36,459 nt of DNA, from the IMG/VR virus record IMGVR_UViG_3300012348_000046, positions 1 through 36,459 of that record. One strand, given 5' to 3'. This DNA is from a virus (lineage: Duplodnaviria; Caudoviricetes). The translations under genes were made by a program, and so were the position numbers. Every line of letters starts with the position of its first letter. The first letter of the stretch is position 1. Below the pieces are notes generated by a model. The model saw only the letters and a list, made by a program, of their open reading frames with translations. It made no database searches and had not been told where the DNA came from. Shown one piece after another: positions 26,403 to 34,085 of the stretch.

Positions 26403-26726
26403 TTAATCCTGTAAAAAAACACCACGCAAAGCACAATAACGCTCAACTTCGTTCATAAAAGCATTTAATTCTTCAACGCTTAATTCTGCGGTAGATTTTA
26501 ATGCGTAAATAACTCTGCCATCTGGTGCAACAAATTCATTATACCCTAACCATCTATCTTTTGCTAAACATTTCCACCATTGGTGTGGATGGTGTAACCC
26601 ATCTTTACCCTTTAAGCTTTCAGCCATTAATTGAAACAATTTATGTAGCCTTGAATTTTGGGGTAATGACCGTCTTTGACTTTGACCGCACAATTGACAG
26701 ACTTTCGGTTGGCTTTTCTGCAACAT
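26403..26726 (-). CDS. ninB: NinB/Orf-family recombination protein
   Basis: RS..QN.RLH, W.WK and ST..LS..E...F...VE motifs. Confidence 0.8.
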   Translation of the reverse strand: MLQKSQPKVCQLCGQSQRRSLPQNSRLHKLFQLMAESLKGKDGLHHPHQWWKCLAKDRWLGYNEFVAPDGRVIYALKSTAELSVEELNAFMNEVERYCALRGVFLQD

Positions 26727-26871
26727 ATAGTGTTGCCTCCTTGTAATTTGAATCTTCGTATTCTTGCTTCCAGCCTTTACCTATATAAACTTTACCTTCA
26801 TTGGTAACAACTTTCCATTCCTCGGCATTGTTGCCAAAATGCTTGTAAAACTCGGTTTCACTAAATTTCAT
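26641..26871 (-). CDS. Hypothetical protein
   Basis: ATGA coupling with the upstream gene; overlaps the ninB start. Confidence 0.6.
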   Translation of the reverse strand: MKFSETEFYKHFGNNAEEWKVVTNEGKVYIGKGWKQEYEDSNYKEATLYVAEKPTESLSIVRSKSKTVITPKFKAT

Positions 26872-27083
26872 ACGCTTTGCCCTATGTAAGTAGCTTTGCT
26901 GTCTTTAAACTGCACTTCTACAGCACAGTCTTGCCCTTTGGTTGCATGAAAAAGCTTCCATACTCCAAATCCCATGGAAACTACAGCAATAAGTAGCAAT
27001 GTTGCTACAATCACTACAGCTCTATCACCGGCCCTATTACAATTACAGTTGCGGCCTTGATTACAGTTTTGATTACACGGCAT
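26868..27083 (-). CDS. Small membrane protein with N-terminal C..NC.QGR.C motif
   Basis: AGGAG RBS, Cys-rich start and a single TM helix. Confidence 0.7.
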   Translation of the reverse strand: MPCNQNCNQGRNCNCNRAGDRAVVIVATLLLIAVVSMGFGVWKLFHATKGQDCAVEVQFKDSKATYIGQSV

Positions 27084-27094
27084 ATTAATCTCCT

Positions 27095-27229
27095 TTAAAG
27101 TGTTGCGTCACCTAATTGTTCAATCATTTCATCAAAAGTAAGCTTTTTTTCTACAACTTTAACAGTGCCAGTAGCTTCATAATTAAAGTAACGTATTGGC
27201 TCACCATCAAAGTCAAGCAAAACCCACAT
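27095..27229 (-). CDS. 44-aa hypothetical protein (MWVLLDFDGEPIRYF...)
   Basis: Hand-translated; fills the gap after the helicase on the coding strand. Confidence 0.65.
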   Translation of the reverse strand: MWVLLDFDGEPIRYFNYEATGTVKVVEKKLTFDEMIEQLGDATL

Positions 27230-27233
27230 AATT

Positions 27234-28217
27234 TTATCTTTTGTCAAATTTTAATTGCCACACTTTTTCGTGTTGGCTTCCCTTGTATCGCATAGACGCT
27301 GCATCAAACCACAATGCAATCTCGCCTTCCCATTCACCATGGCGCTGCTTATCACATATCAACAAGCAATCAGGTGCGTTTAGATCGTCCTCTTTTGCCT
27401 TGCCAGTTCTTACTGCCTTCTCTTTACGCTTATTACGCCAGACGGTCATTACATTGTCTACCTGGTTAGTAATGTCTGCCGATCCAGCCACATCCATCTT
27501 GTTGGGTGGGCTAAACTCATCCTCACCTTTACGGCTGTGAGCAATTAAATGCACATGGACATTTAAATCCCTAGCCGCTGCACAAAGCTTATCCAAGAAC
27601 TCCTTTTGAGCGTTCATGTCATCAGACCTTACACCGCACTTCATCAAACTGTCAATCACAAAATGCTGCACACCTAGCGTTTCAGCCACATAATACAAAA
27701 CAGCAATTACACGCTCACCGTTTACAGTTCCTTGCTGGTCATACATATACAGCCTGTTATCTAGGAATGTAAAGTATTCACCGATAAACTTTTCTGTTGG
27801 CTTTTCTGTGCCTGTGGCCTGTCTAGTCATACGCTGTAGGGTTGAGTATGGGTGCATCTCAAACGAAGCTACACAGACCTTAAAATCCTGTTGCACGATA
27901 GAGTTGATTACCTGTCCAACTAGCTGACTCTTGCCATGTCCGTTAATGCCTGACCACAGACTAACCTCACCTAAACGCAACCTAAACTGGTCAAAGGTCT
28001 TTTCCCACGGAAGCTTAACGCCTTGCATCTGCTCGTCTTTGTAAAAGTAGTCTACAACCTCTGACTGATACTGGCTTGCTGACTTAACATTGGCCTTGTC
28101 TTCTTCCCTAGCTTTCATAAAGCCTTCAAAGTCAACTTTAGGCAACATCATGCTTGCTCGTTTGCGTCTAGCCTCGTCTAAAGCTGTAGCGCCTCTTTCT
28201 AGGTTACTCATAATCAA
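27234..28217 (-). CDS. DnaB-like (SF4, T7 gp4/Twinkle-type) replicative helicase
   Basis: Walker A GINGHGKS, SFEM, Walker B FVIDSL, H.HLIAH.RK, GS..I....DN and KQR motifs. Confidence 0.93.
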   Translation of the reverse strand: MIMSNLERGATALDEARRKRASMMLPKVDFEGFMKAREEDKANVKSASQYQSEVVDYFYKDEQMQGVKLPWEKTFDQFRLRLGEVSLWSGINGHGKSQLVGQVINSIVQQDFKVCVASFEMHPYSTLQRMTRQATGTEKPTEKFIGEYFTFLDNRLYMYDQQGTVNGERVIAVLYYVAETLGVQHFVIDSLMKCGVRSDDMNAQKEFLDKLCAAARDLNVHVHLIAHSRKGEDEFSPPNKMDVAGSADITNQVDNVMTVWRNKRKEKAVRTGKAKEDDLNAPDCLLICDKQRHGEWEGEIALWFDAASMRYKGSQHEKVWQLKFDKR

Positions 28218-28608
28218 CCGCCTCTCTAATTCGTTCGTAAGCTAACTGTAAACGCTGTAAGTCAGTTTCGTCAAGCGGTTTATTTTTCTTTAACTCAAAC
28301 GCAGCTAGGAGAACGATTTGCGACTCATACTTGATGGCCTCTAAGATGTCTGTAGCGTAAAACTTCTTCTTAACTGGTGCTTTGTGGTGTACCTGCTCTG
28401 GGAACAGATCGCCAATGTCAACGCCTATTGCCCCAACAACATCAACAGCACTGCACCCAGCAAAGCAATGCAATAGTATGTGGCCGTCAGCCTCTTCTTT
28501 AATGGATAGGCTAGGGCTTCTGTCATCGTGAGCTGGGCAGCACGCCAAATAAGAGTTGCGACCAGTAGACTTAACTTTGTTTAAACGGCCTAATAGATTG
28601 TTTATCAT
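28204..28608 (-). CDS. Stand-alone primase-type Zn-binding domain protein (CHC2-like)
   Basis: CPAHDD.SPSLSI and LLHCFAGC motifs; no catalytic domain follows. Confidence 0.85.
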   Translation of the reverse strand: MINNLLGRLNKVKSTGRNSYLACCPAHDDRSPSLSIKEEADGHILLHCFAGCSAVDVVGAIGVDIGDLFPEQVHHKAPVKKKFYATDILEAIKYESQIVLLAAFELKKNKPLDETDLQRLQLAYERIREAVDYE

Positions 28609-29288
28609 ATAGCACCTGCAAATATATCGCTGTATGAATTACGACTTTCTTCACCCGTGTATTGAGCAAGATTTGTAGCGTTAAACAAAGTAACTGGACG
28701 CAAGTATTCATTCATTTTTTTGTCTTCTAGCCATGAGCTGCACTTATTATCAATTACCTTAAACATGTCTTCTTTCGTATAACCTTCATTTATTCTTGCT
28801 TTAATTAAATCCAAGTTTGCTCTGACAGGTTTGTAATTTTTATTTGCTTTACGATTAAGGTAATTAAGCACTTCAATATATTGTTCTTGGTTAATAGTTG
28901 TTAGTTCTTGGTTATTGGTTGCCTTTTGCTTGGGTTTTTCTAGGTTACCTAAAATAACCTGCTGGGTTTTCTTCGGCCTACCGCCTAGCTTTCCATTCTC
29001 TCTGCTTGTATCAGCTCGATTATGATAAGCGTCAATTTCCTCGTCAATTCTTTTTTGCGAATAGCCATTTTCGCCTTTAACAAAAAAATCATTAAGGACA
29101 TTTTGTAAGTTTTGTATGCTATCAGAACCTAGGCTTAACCTACGCAAAACCTGCTGGGTTTCTACTGGGATAGGTGTTTCATCAAGATAATACCAATCAA
29201 TCAAAAATCGATATATGTAATGCTCTATTGGCGTTAAATGTGAGGTATCTTTCCTATAATCAGCAACATTAAATTGATAATAGTGCAT
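28605..29288 (-). CDS. Replication initiator (DUF1376/YdaU N-terminus, conserved phage C-terminal domain)
   Basis: MHYY.F...DY..DT.HL...EH.IY..L.D.YY, NGK.GGRP and YLN...YLRP.TLF motifs. Confidence 0.85.
   Translation of the reverse strand: MHYYQFNVADYRKDTSHLTPIEHYIYRFLIDWYYLDETPIPVETQQVLRRLSLGSDSIQNLQNVLNDFFVKGENGYSQKRIDEEIDAYHNRADTSRENGKLGGRPKKTQQVILGNLEKPKQKATNNQELTTINQEQYIEVLNYLNRKANKNYKPVRANLDLIKARINEGYTKEDMFKVIDNKCSSWLEDKKMNEYLRPVTLFNATNLAQYTGEESRNSYSDIFAGAI
28883..28970. repeat. Putative iteron / origin region inside the initiator gene
   Basis: GTTCTTGGTTA at 28883 and 28904 (21-bp period), palindrome TAGGT-T-ACCTA at 28941-28951, and TGGGTTTT twice. Confidence 0.45.
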
Positions 29289-29296
29289 AATTTTTC

Positions 29297-29716
29297 CTAA
29301 AGAGAATTTTCTCTGGCATACCTTCCCAGAGCGTGAAGCTTTTTATAATAATCGGAATGTTTAATACTTGATATACATAACATACCTTCGTAATCTATGT
29401 AATTAAAGCCGCCTATTAAAAATGCAAGCTCCGTTCTTTCACCAGGCATACCAACTGGAGCTAAAGAACAAACCCATTTTAATAAGTCAAATTCATCGTG
29501 TATTGATTCGTGGCATGATTCGCATAAAACAGAAAGCTGATCGGCACGATACTCCCAAGGCTCATGACCTTTAAAGTATTCTTTATGATGCACATTTAAT
29601 GTTGATTCACTATCGCTGCATAATTCGCAAGCAAAATCAGCCTTTTGCATAGCTTCAAGCCTAAGCTTTTGCCAGCGAGGGTCTTTAAGTTTTTCGTAAT
29701 AAGTTTTAGCGGCCAT
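29297..29716 (-). CDS. HNH-family Zn-binding nuclease-like protein
   Basis: Y...L.DPRWQK.R, CELC, L.VHH..Y and LCESCH motifs. Confidence 0.85.
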   Translation of the reverse strand: MAAKTYYEKLKDPRWQKLRLEAMQKADFACELCSDSESTLNVHHKEYFKGHEPWEYRADQLSVLCESCHESIHDEFDLLKWVCSLAPVGMPGERTELAFLIGGFNYIDYEGMLCISSIKHSDYYKKLHALGRYARENSL

Positions 29717-29725
29717 ATTAGTTCC

Positions 29726-29813
29726 TATTCAGTAGCGGGCTGGATGATAAGTCCAACAAGTAAAAACCACGCACGGAAGTCAACGAAGTAGTTACCGACT
29801 CCGCTATTGAATA
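29726..29813. ncRNA. Putative multi-stem structured RNA in the leader of the replication operon
   Basis: A 13-bp closing stem (12/13 Watson-Crick) encloses two hairpins and abuts the RBS of the 29716 gene. Confidence 0.5.
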
Positions 29814-29881
29814 AAAACTAATAGAATTGAATTGCATTTGCACTCCGTATGTAGTATTGGGTTATCAAGCCAATTAAAAAC

Positions 29882-29910
29882 AGTCTAGCACAAACACACC
29901 TAAAAGTCCA
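29882..29910 (-). promoter_or_regulatory. Leftward sigma70-type promoter of the replication operon
   Basis: TGGACT-17bp-TAGACT with an extended -10 TG. Confidence 0.6.
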
Positions 29911-29966
29911 ATTAGTTTTACTTATGATTAACTTGTGATTAATAAAAAAATAAATGTAAATAACGC

Positions 29967-29994
29967 TTGACAGGTTCCAAGTCTGGAATATAAT
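29967..29994 (+). promoter_or_regulatory. Strong early promoter with embedded operator TTCCAAGTCTGGAA (29975-29988)
   Basis: Perfect TTGACA-16bp-TATAAT with an AT-rich UP region; an inverted repeat fills the spacer. Confidence 0.88.
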
Positions 29995-30025
29995 AAACAC
30001 ATCTACAACGCAATAGGAGATAAAT

Positions 30026-30355
30026 ATGAATTTAGATACAGTATTTGTTTACAGCTCAAACCCAGATTTACGGGGCAAAACATTTGATGTGTACTGGACT
30101 TTATTAGAAGGTCAGTCAAAAGTTAAGATTCCTGATGACATTGTGCTTCACTCTTTAGAGCAATTAGACAATGCAGAAAATCTTTTAACTGGTTTAGATG
30201 ATGCCAGTATTAAAAGTGTAATAAATTCAGTTTACGAGGTTGTTAGCAAACGCAATCTAGCTGAATACATGAGCCAATTTACACCTGAGCAACTTCGTGC
30301 AAATGATAACGCTGTAGCTGCTTATAACACTTCAAGGGGATGGACAAATGACTGA
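30026..30355 (+). CDS. Early hypothetical protein
   Basis: AGGAGA RBS; first gene after the consensus promoter. Confidence 0.8.
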   Translation: MNLDTVFVYSSNPDLRGKTFDVYWTLLEGQSKVKIPDDIVLHSLEQLDNAENLLTGLDDASIKSVINSVYEVVSKRNLAEYMSQFTPEQLRANDNAVAAYNTSRGWTND

Positions 30356-30464
30356 TTACAAAAATTACAAACCAAAAACAGACTTAACACCATGGATAGA
30401 AGGCATTTGCTTTGTTGGTGTAGTCTTATTATCAATTTTCTTATTTTTGCTACTGGCGGTTTAA
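30348..30464 (+). CDS. 38-aa single-TM protein (MTDYKNYKPKTDLTPWIEGICFVGVVLLSIFLFLLLAV)
   Basis: Hand-translated; overlaps the upstream stop and ends 1 nt before the next start. Confidence 0.7.
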   Translation: MTDYKNYKPKTDLTPWIEGICFVGVVLLSIFLFLLLAV

Positions 30465-30465
30465 T

Positions 30466-30660
30466 ATGACATTTCCTAAAAACATTGATTGGGAATCTAC
30501 AGAAGAAAAACATGAAGCTGCGTTTTGGAACTGGTGTATAGAGCAAGGTTACCATAACGAAGATTATGTATTAGATCACTATGTAGATTTGTTTGAAAGT
30601 TTTGCAGATGGTCTTAATGAGGAGGACTTTGTATATGAGCCAGCAACAATACCAGGCTGA
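30466..30660 (+). CDS. Acidic early hypothetical protein
   Basis: 64 aa, very D/E-rich, in the early operon. Confidence 0.7.
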   Translation: MTFPKNIDWESTEEKHEAAFWNWCIEQGYHNEDYVLDHYVDLFESFADGLNEEDFVYEPATIPG

Positions 30661-30823
30661 AGTAATGGACGAGCTGGCCATGCAAGAATGGGTTGATTAT
30701 CCATCAGACATTCAATACAGCTCTTTACTTGGATTATCAAATGTATGTTTAATATGTGGCAATCCGCAAAACAATAAAACAATCTGCTGTGGAACAAATA
30801 GCTTTTGCAATACAAGAGATTGA
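30635..30823 (+). CDS. Cys-rich hypothetical protein (start revised to MSQQQY)
   Basis: GGAGG RBS before the ATG at 30635; CxxC...CC motif. Confidence 0.65.
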   Translation: MSQQQYQAEVMDELAMQEWVDYPSDIQYSSLLGLSNVCLICGNPQNNKTICCGTNSFCNTRD

Positions 30824-30844
30824 TGTATAATTCCAATTTTGGAA
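30803..30844 (+). promoter_or_regulatory. Promoter (-10 TATAAT 30826-30831) with operator TTCCAATTTTGGAA (30831-30844)
   Basis: Perfect -10, weak -35 region, and a 14-bp palindrome matching the operator in the early promoter. Confidence 0.72.
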
Positions 30845-30856
30845 CAGGAGAAAGTA

Positions 30857-30994
30857 GTGACGATTTACACAGTAGAAGAAATAGCGCAACAAATGGGCAA
30901 GTCTGGCAGATGGGTCAGACAGCTTTGCATCAAGGGAAAGTTAAAAGCAATTAAACACGGCCATACTTGGGTCATATTGGAGGCATGGAAATGA
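30857..30994 (+). CDS. 45-aa excisionase-like HTH (HTH_17) DNA-binding protein (MTIYTVEEIAQQMGKSGRWVRQLCIKGKLKAIKHGHTWVILEAWK)
   Basis: Hand-translated from GTG with an AGGAG RBS; T..E.A......V..L...G.L.A.K.G..W.I signature; ATGA coupling downstream. Confidence 0.85.
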   Translation: MTIYTVEEIAQQMGKSGRWVRQLCIKGKLKAIKHGHTWVILEAWK

Positions 30995-31221
30995 TTACAC
31001 ATTTAAATTTAGAAGCTGGCGTTACTTTAGAAGTTGAATACGATTACGAGCAACCAACCTACGCTTACTTTGGTGACTTGGAAGCTTTAACAGAGCCACG
31101 AGCTGAATCTAAATCAGCTTTGTATTTAGGCGTTGATGTATTGCCATTAATTCGTGCGTTAGGCTTGTATAACGAGCTTAATTTGATTCTAGTGGCAAAC
31201 ATGGAGGCAATTGACGAATGA
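30991..31221 (+). CDS. Hypothetical protein (start revised to MITHLN)
   Basis: GGAGG RBS and ATGA overlaps at both ends. Confidence 0.7.
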   Translation: MITHLNLEAGVTLEVEYDYEQPTYAYFGDLEALTEPRAESKSALYLGVDVLPLIRALGLYNELNLILVANMEAIDE

Positions 31222-31808
31222 ACTATTCTGAAATCAGAAAGGTAAATGTAAATGAGCATATTGAGCAAAAAAATGGGCTTAACTACTTATCATGGGCATG
31301 GGCTGTTGACCAGTTGTTACAACTTGATCCTACCGCAACATGGTCTTATGGGGAGCCAGCAAGGTTTGGTGAAACGCTCATGGTCTTTTGCACGGTTAAA
31401 GCTTTTGGCAAAGATATGTGCGCTCAATTACCTGTCATGGATTATCGCAACAAAGCTATTGCAAATCCTGATGCAATGTCTGTCAATACAGCGATGCAAC
31501 GGTGTCTTGCCAAAGCTATTGCGCTACATGGTTTGGGGCTTTATATTTATACAGGTGAGGACCTTCCTAAGGAAGACACTACTGAAAAGCCTAAGACTTT
31601 AGAATTAAAGCAGCCAGAGTTTTCAAAAGAGGAAATGGACATCCTACACAGTTTAGCTGACGGTTTCGTTGCCTTTGTAGCTGAGGGCCAATTTGACGAT
31701 GCTAAAATCACATGGGACTCGCTTGATAACGAGCAAAAAACAGCTTTATGGTCGCTGTTAGACAGTAAAACTCGGTCATCATTTAAAAAATATCAGAAGG
31801 GAGCATAA
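31218..31808 (+). CDS. Sak3-like single-strand annealing protein (DUF1071, Rad52-like)
   Basis: E.K.GL.YLSWAWA, LPVMD.RNKAI and N.A.QRCLAKAIALHGLGLYIY.GEDLP motifs. Confidence 0.9.
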   Translation: MNYSEIRKVNVNEHIEQKNGLNYLSWAWAVDQLLQLDPTATWSYGEPARFGETLMVFCTVKAFGKDMCAQLPVMDYRNKAIANPDAMSVNTAMQRCLAKAIALHGLGLYIYTGEDLPKEDTTEKPKTLELKQPEFSKEEMDILHSLADGFVAFVAEGQFDDAKITWDSLDNEQKTALWSLLDSKTRSSFKKYQKGA

Positions 31809-31810
31809 TT

Positions 31811-32119
31811 ATGGTTGAAATAGAATACGATTTAGACGATGAAGGTAAGTCATTCTTACCAGTTGATGATACTTTGCGCTTGGTAATGTCACCTAGGAAC
31901 TGGCAATTACAAAAACTACATCATTCAAAAAAAGATGGTGAAGTTTGGTCTTCATTTAGATACTATGTATCACTAAATAGCGCATTAAAAGACATAATGC
32001 ACATTAAGTTAGCAAAAGAAAGCTTTAATTCAGCTAAATCATTCTTAGCCGCTAGTGATGCTGTAATTAATGACATAACCAATAAATTTACCCCTCAACT
32101 TGAAATTAGAAAGGTTTAA
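31811..32119 (+). CDS. Hypothetical protein
   Basis: GGAG RBS; W....YY.SL..AL motif. Confidence 0.7.
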   Translation: MVEIEYDLDDEGKSFLPVDDTLRLVMSPRNWQLQKLHHSKKDGEVWSSFRYYVSLNSALKDIMHIKLAKESFNSAKSFLAASDAVINDITNKFTPQLEIRKV

Positions 32120-32120
32120 C

Positions 32121-32375
32121 ATGGCACAATATGAGCAACGAGATAACAGCGGCAGTCTTTTTAAGAACAACCGCAAAGAAAAAGAAGCACATCCTGACTA
32201 CACAGGTAACTGCATGGTCAACGGCAAAGAGATGCGTATGTCAGCCTGGTTAAAAGAAGGCAAATCAGGCAAGTTCTTTAGCTTTTCATTTAGTGAGCCG
32301 TATGTAAAAGATGGTGAGCCAGCTAAAGCAAATGGCTATCAACCACAGGATTTAGAGGATTCTATACCTTTTTAA
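32121..32375 (+). CDS. Putative single-stranded DNA-binding protein (start revised to MAQYEQ)
   Basis: G.LFKN..K....PDY.G...AW motif with an acidic EDSIPF C-terminal tip; close to the annealase. Confidence 0.72.
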   Translation: MAQYEQRDNSGSLFKNNRKEKEAHPDYTGNCMVNGKEMRMSAWLKEGKSGKFFSFSFSEPYVKDGEPAKANGYQPQDLEDSIPF

Positions 32376-32383
32376 AATATCCC

Positions 32384-32412
32384 TTGCTAAATTATCGTTT
32401 TTGTGGTATGCT
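32384..32412 (+). promoter_or_regulatory. Sigma70-type promoter of the HNH gene
   Basis: TTGCTA-17bp-TATGCT with an extended -10 TG. Confidence 0.6.
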
Positions 32413-32435
32413 TCAGTCTTAGATAAGAGATTGCC

Positions 32436-32861
32436 ATGAAAAAATGTTTTAAATGCAATGAGGAAAAACCAATATCTGATTTTTACGCTCACCCAGGCTC
32501 AAAAGACGGACATCTTAATAAATGCAAAGCTTGTACAAAAAAAGATGCTTACGATTTAAGGCACAATAGTGATAGTAGAGAAAAGATATTGGCTTATGAC
32601 AGGGTTAGAGGAAACAGACAGTCGTTAAATTATTTGCAAGAATATAGAGAAAAGTATCCTAAAAAATACAAAGCTCACATGCTTGTAAATTATGCAATAA
32701 AAAGCAAAAAACTATTTAGAGAGCCATGTCAAGTGTGCGGCAATAACGATACTCATGGTCATCATGATGATTATGCTAAACCATTAAATGTAAGATGGCT
32801 ATGTGCTGAACACCATCGTGAATGGCACGCAAAAAATGGAGAAGCTCTAAATGCTATTTAA
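32436..32861 (+). CDS. Zn-finger HNH-like endonuclease
   Basis: CFKC...K...F...CKAC N-terminus and CQVCG...HHDDY.KPL.V.WLC..HH..WH. Confidence 0.85.
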   Translation: MKKCFKCNEEKPISDFYAHPGSKDGHLNKCKACTKKDAYDLRHNSDSREKILAYDRVRGNRQSLNYLQEYREKYPKKYKAHMLVNYAIKSKKLFREPCQVCGNNDTHGHHDDYAKPLNVRWLCAEHHREWHAKNGEALNAI

Positions 32862-32882
32862 GAAAAGGGCGAAAGCCCTTCT
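32860..32882. terminator. GNRA hairpin, possible terminator (U-tract fits the minus strand)
   Basis: AAGGGC-GAAA-GCCCTT preceded by an A-rich run. Confidence 0.55.
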
Positions 32883-32892
32883 AGGAGGCAAT

Positions 32893-33075
32893 ATGCTAAA
32901 TATTTTACCGTATTATCCATCAGTAGGCATGATTAATGATTTAAGACTACTTTCACCACCTCCAGAACACCTCGTAGAGGCACGTAGAGAGGCCGTAGAG
33001 CTGTTAAAAATTAAACTTGATAGTAAGTATCGTCTGCACCCACAAAACTTCGTTAAACACATCAAAATGAGGTAG
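32893..33075 (+). CDS. Hypothetical protein (start revised to MLNILP)
   Basis: AGGAGG RBS; KY.LHP.N C-terminal motif. Confidence 0.7.
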   Translation: MLNILPYYPSVGMINDLRLLSPPPEHLVEARREAVELLKIKLDSKYRLHPQNFVKHIKMR

Positions 33076-33077
33076 GT

Positions 33078-33287
33078 ATGAAAATACAAATGGATTTTGA
33101 GGATAACGACAATGTGCTGCTGGATATTAGGGAAGCTTTGTTTGTTACTTTGCTTAAAGCTGAATTAGCAGATAACGAGCTGTATCTTGAAAGGTTTATA
33201 CATAAAGATGACCAGGCTGTATATAAAGCAAACATCAAAGCTTGCAAGGTCTTATTAAGTCATTATACGGTGCAGGAGCAAACCTAA
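33078..33287 (+). CDS. Hypothetical protein
   Basis: GAGG RBS; coupled within the operon. Confidence 0.7.
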   Translation: MKIQMDFEDNDNVLLDIREALFVTLLKAELADNELYLERFIHKDDQAVYKANIKACKVLLSHYTVQEQT

Positions 33288-33457
33288 TGGATAAACTTGA
33301 TGATAGGAATGTTGATAGCTTTGGGGAATCTGTCCGCAGAATAGTGTTAAGTTTGCCTAACACAACAAACAATAACTTGGGCCAGTTGATTGAAAATGTA
33401 TATTTACGGTTTCAACGAGAAGCTGAACGAGATGCTAGGGAGGCTAGAAACAAATGA
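33287..33457 (+). CDS. Hypothetical protein (start revised to MDKLDD)
   Basis: TAATG coupling and AGGAG RBS. Confidence 0.68.
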   Translation: MDKLDDRNVDSFGESVRRIVLSLPNTTNNNLGQLIENVYLRFQREAERDAREARNK

Positions 33458-33672
33458 TTATTGAGGTAAACGACATTGATGAGCTGGCTGATGGCAGCGT
33501 AGTTTGTGAGTTATATATGGATAAAGAAGCTAAACGATGGTTAATTGAGCGAGGTTTTAATTCTTTGATGTCAGATGCGTTAAAGAAAGACCCAGCTTGG
33601 TGGACTGAAGAAGATGAGAAAAGGGTTGATGTTATAGGGCAAAACGGCCCTACAGGAGAACACTATGAGTGA
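33454..33672 (+). CDS. Hypothetical protein
   Basis: ATGA coupling; E..DGS motif and C-terminal R.D.IGQNG..G.HY. Confidence 0.7.
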   Translation: MIIEVNDIDELADGSVVCELYMDKEAKRWLIERGFNSLMSDALKKDPAWWTEEDEKRVDVIGQNGPTGEHYE

Positions 33673-33925
33673 TGGTATGTCAGAGCAAGCATGGGAAGAG
33701 TCTATGGATCAAGTAGACGCTTTAATGAAGCAGGTTGGTGGCAATCACTACGCTAGTATGGCTATACAGCCAGTAGAGTTTATAGTGGCTAATAACCTAA
33801 CTTTTCTTGAGGGTAATGTGGTGAAGTATATATCTAGGCATCATGCTAAGAACGGTGCTGACGATGTAAGAAAAGCCATCCACTATTGTGAATTAATTTT
33901 AAAGACCGTGTATGACGCATCATAG
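33665..33925 (+). CDS. DUF3310-family protein
   Basis: QVGG.HY, IQP.EFI, F.EGNVVKY..R...KNG..D..KA.HY motifs. Confidence 0.88.
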   Translation: MSDGMSEQAWEESMDQVDALMKQVGGNHYASMAIQPVEFIVANNLTFLEGNVVKYISRHHAKNGADDVRKAIHYCELILKTVYDAS

Positions 33926-34085
33926 AGCTAAACTAACGAATCAGCAGGTGATTGAAATGCGTAAGCAACACTTAGCTTATGTGATTGGTTATGAAACGCT
34001 AGCTAAACGATTTGGCTGCGGAGTATCAACAGCTAGAGATATTTGCACTTATAGGACGAGATATAATGTTAGAAACGATAATTGA
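33912..34085 (+). CDS. 57-aa HTH protein (MTHHRAKLTNQQVIEMR...LAKRFGCGVSTARDIC...)
   Basis: Hand-translated; AKLT..QV..(M/I)R and LA..FG...ST...I HTH pattern. Confidence 0.78.
   Translation: MTHHRAKLTNQQVIEMRKQHLAYVIGYETLAKRFGCGVSTARDICTYRTRYNVRNDN

Noticed and set aside
311-27540. Plus-strand ORFs in the track (e.g. 5789-6118, 8455-8841, 14586-14957, 17132-17620, 23472-23813, 27241-27540)
   Set aside because: They are antisense shadows of well-supported minus-strand genes and have no motifs of their own.
29726-29813. tRNA gene
   Set aside because: No T-loop GTTCRA or D-loop consensus, and the stem geometry is wrong.
29818-30000. 60-aa minus ORF as a repressor
   Set aside because: It overlaps both divergent promoters and has no RBS or HTH features.
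30857-30994. Excisionase implying a temperate integrating phage
   Set aside because: No tyrosine or serine recombinase or att site is recognisable, so a regulatory role is more likely.
30322-33247. Minus-strand and out-of-frame ORFs in the early arm (30322-30555, 30579-30836, 31065-31268, 31252-31602, 33062-33247)
   Set aside because: They overlap better-supported coupled plus-strand genes.
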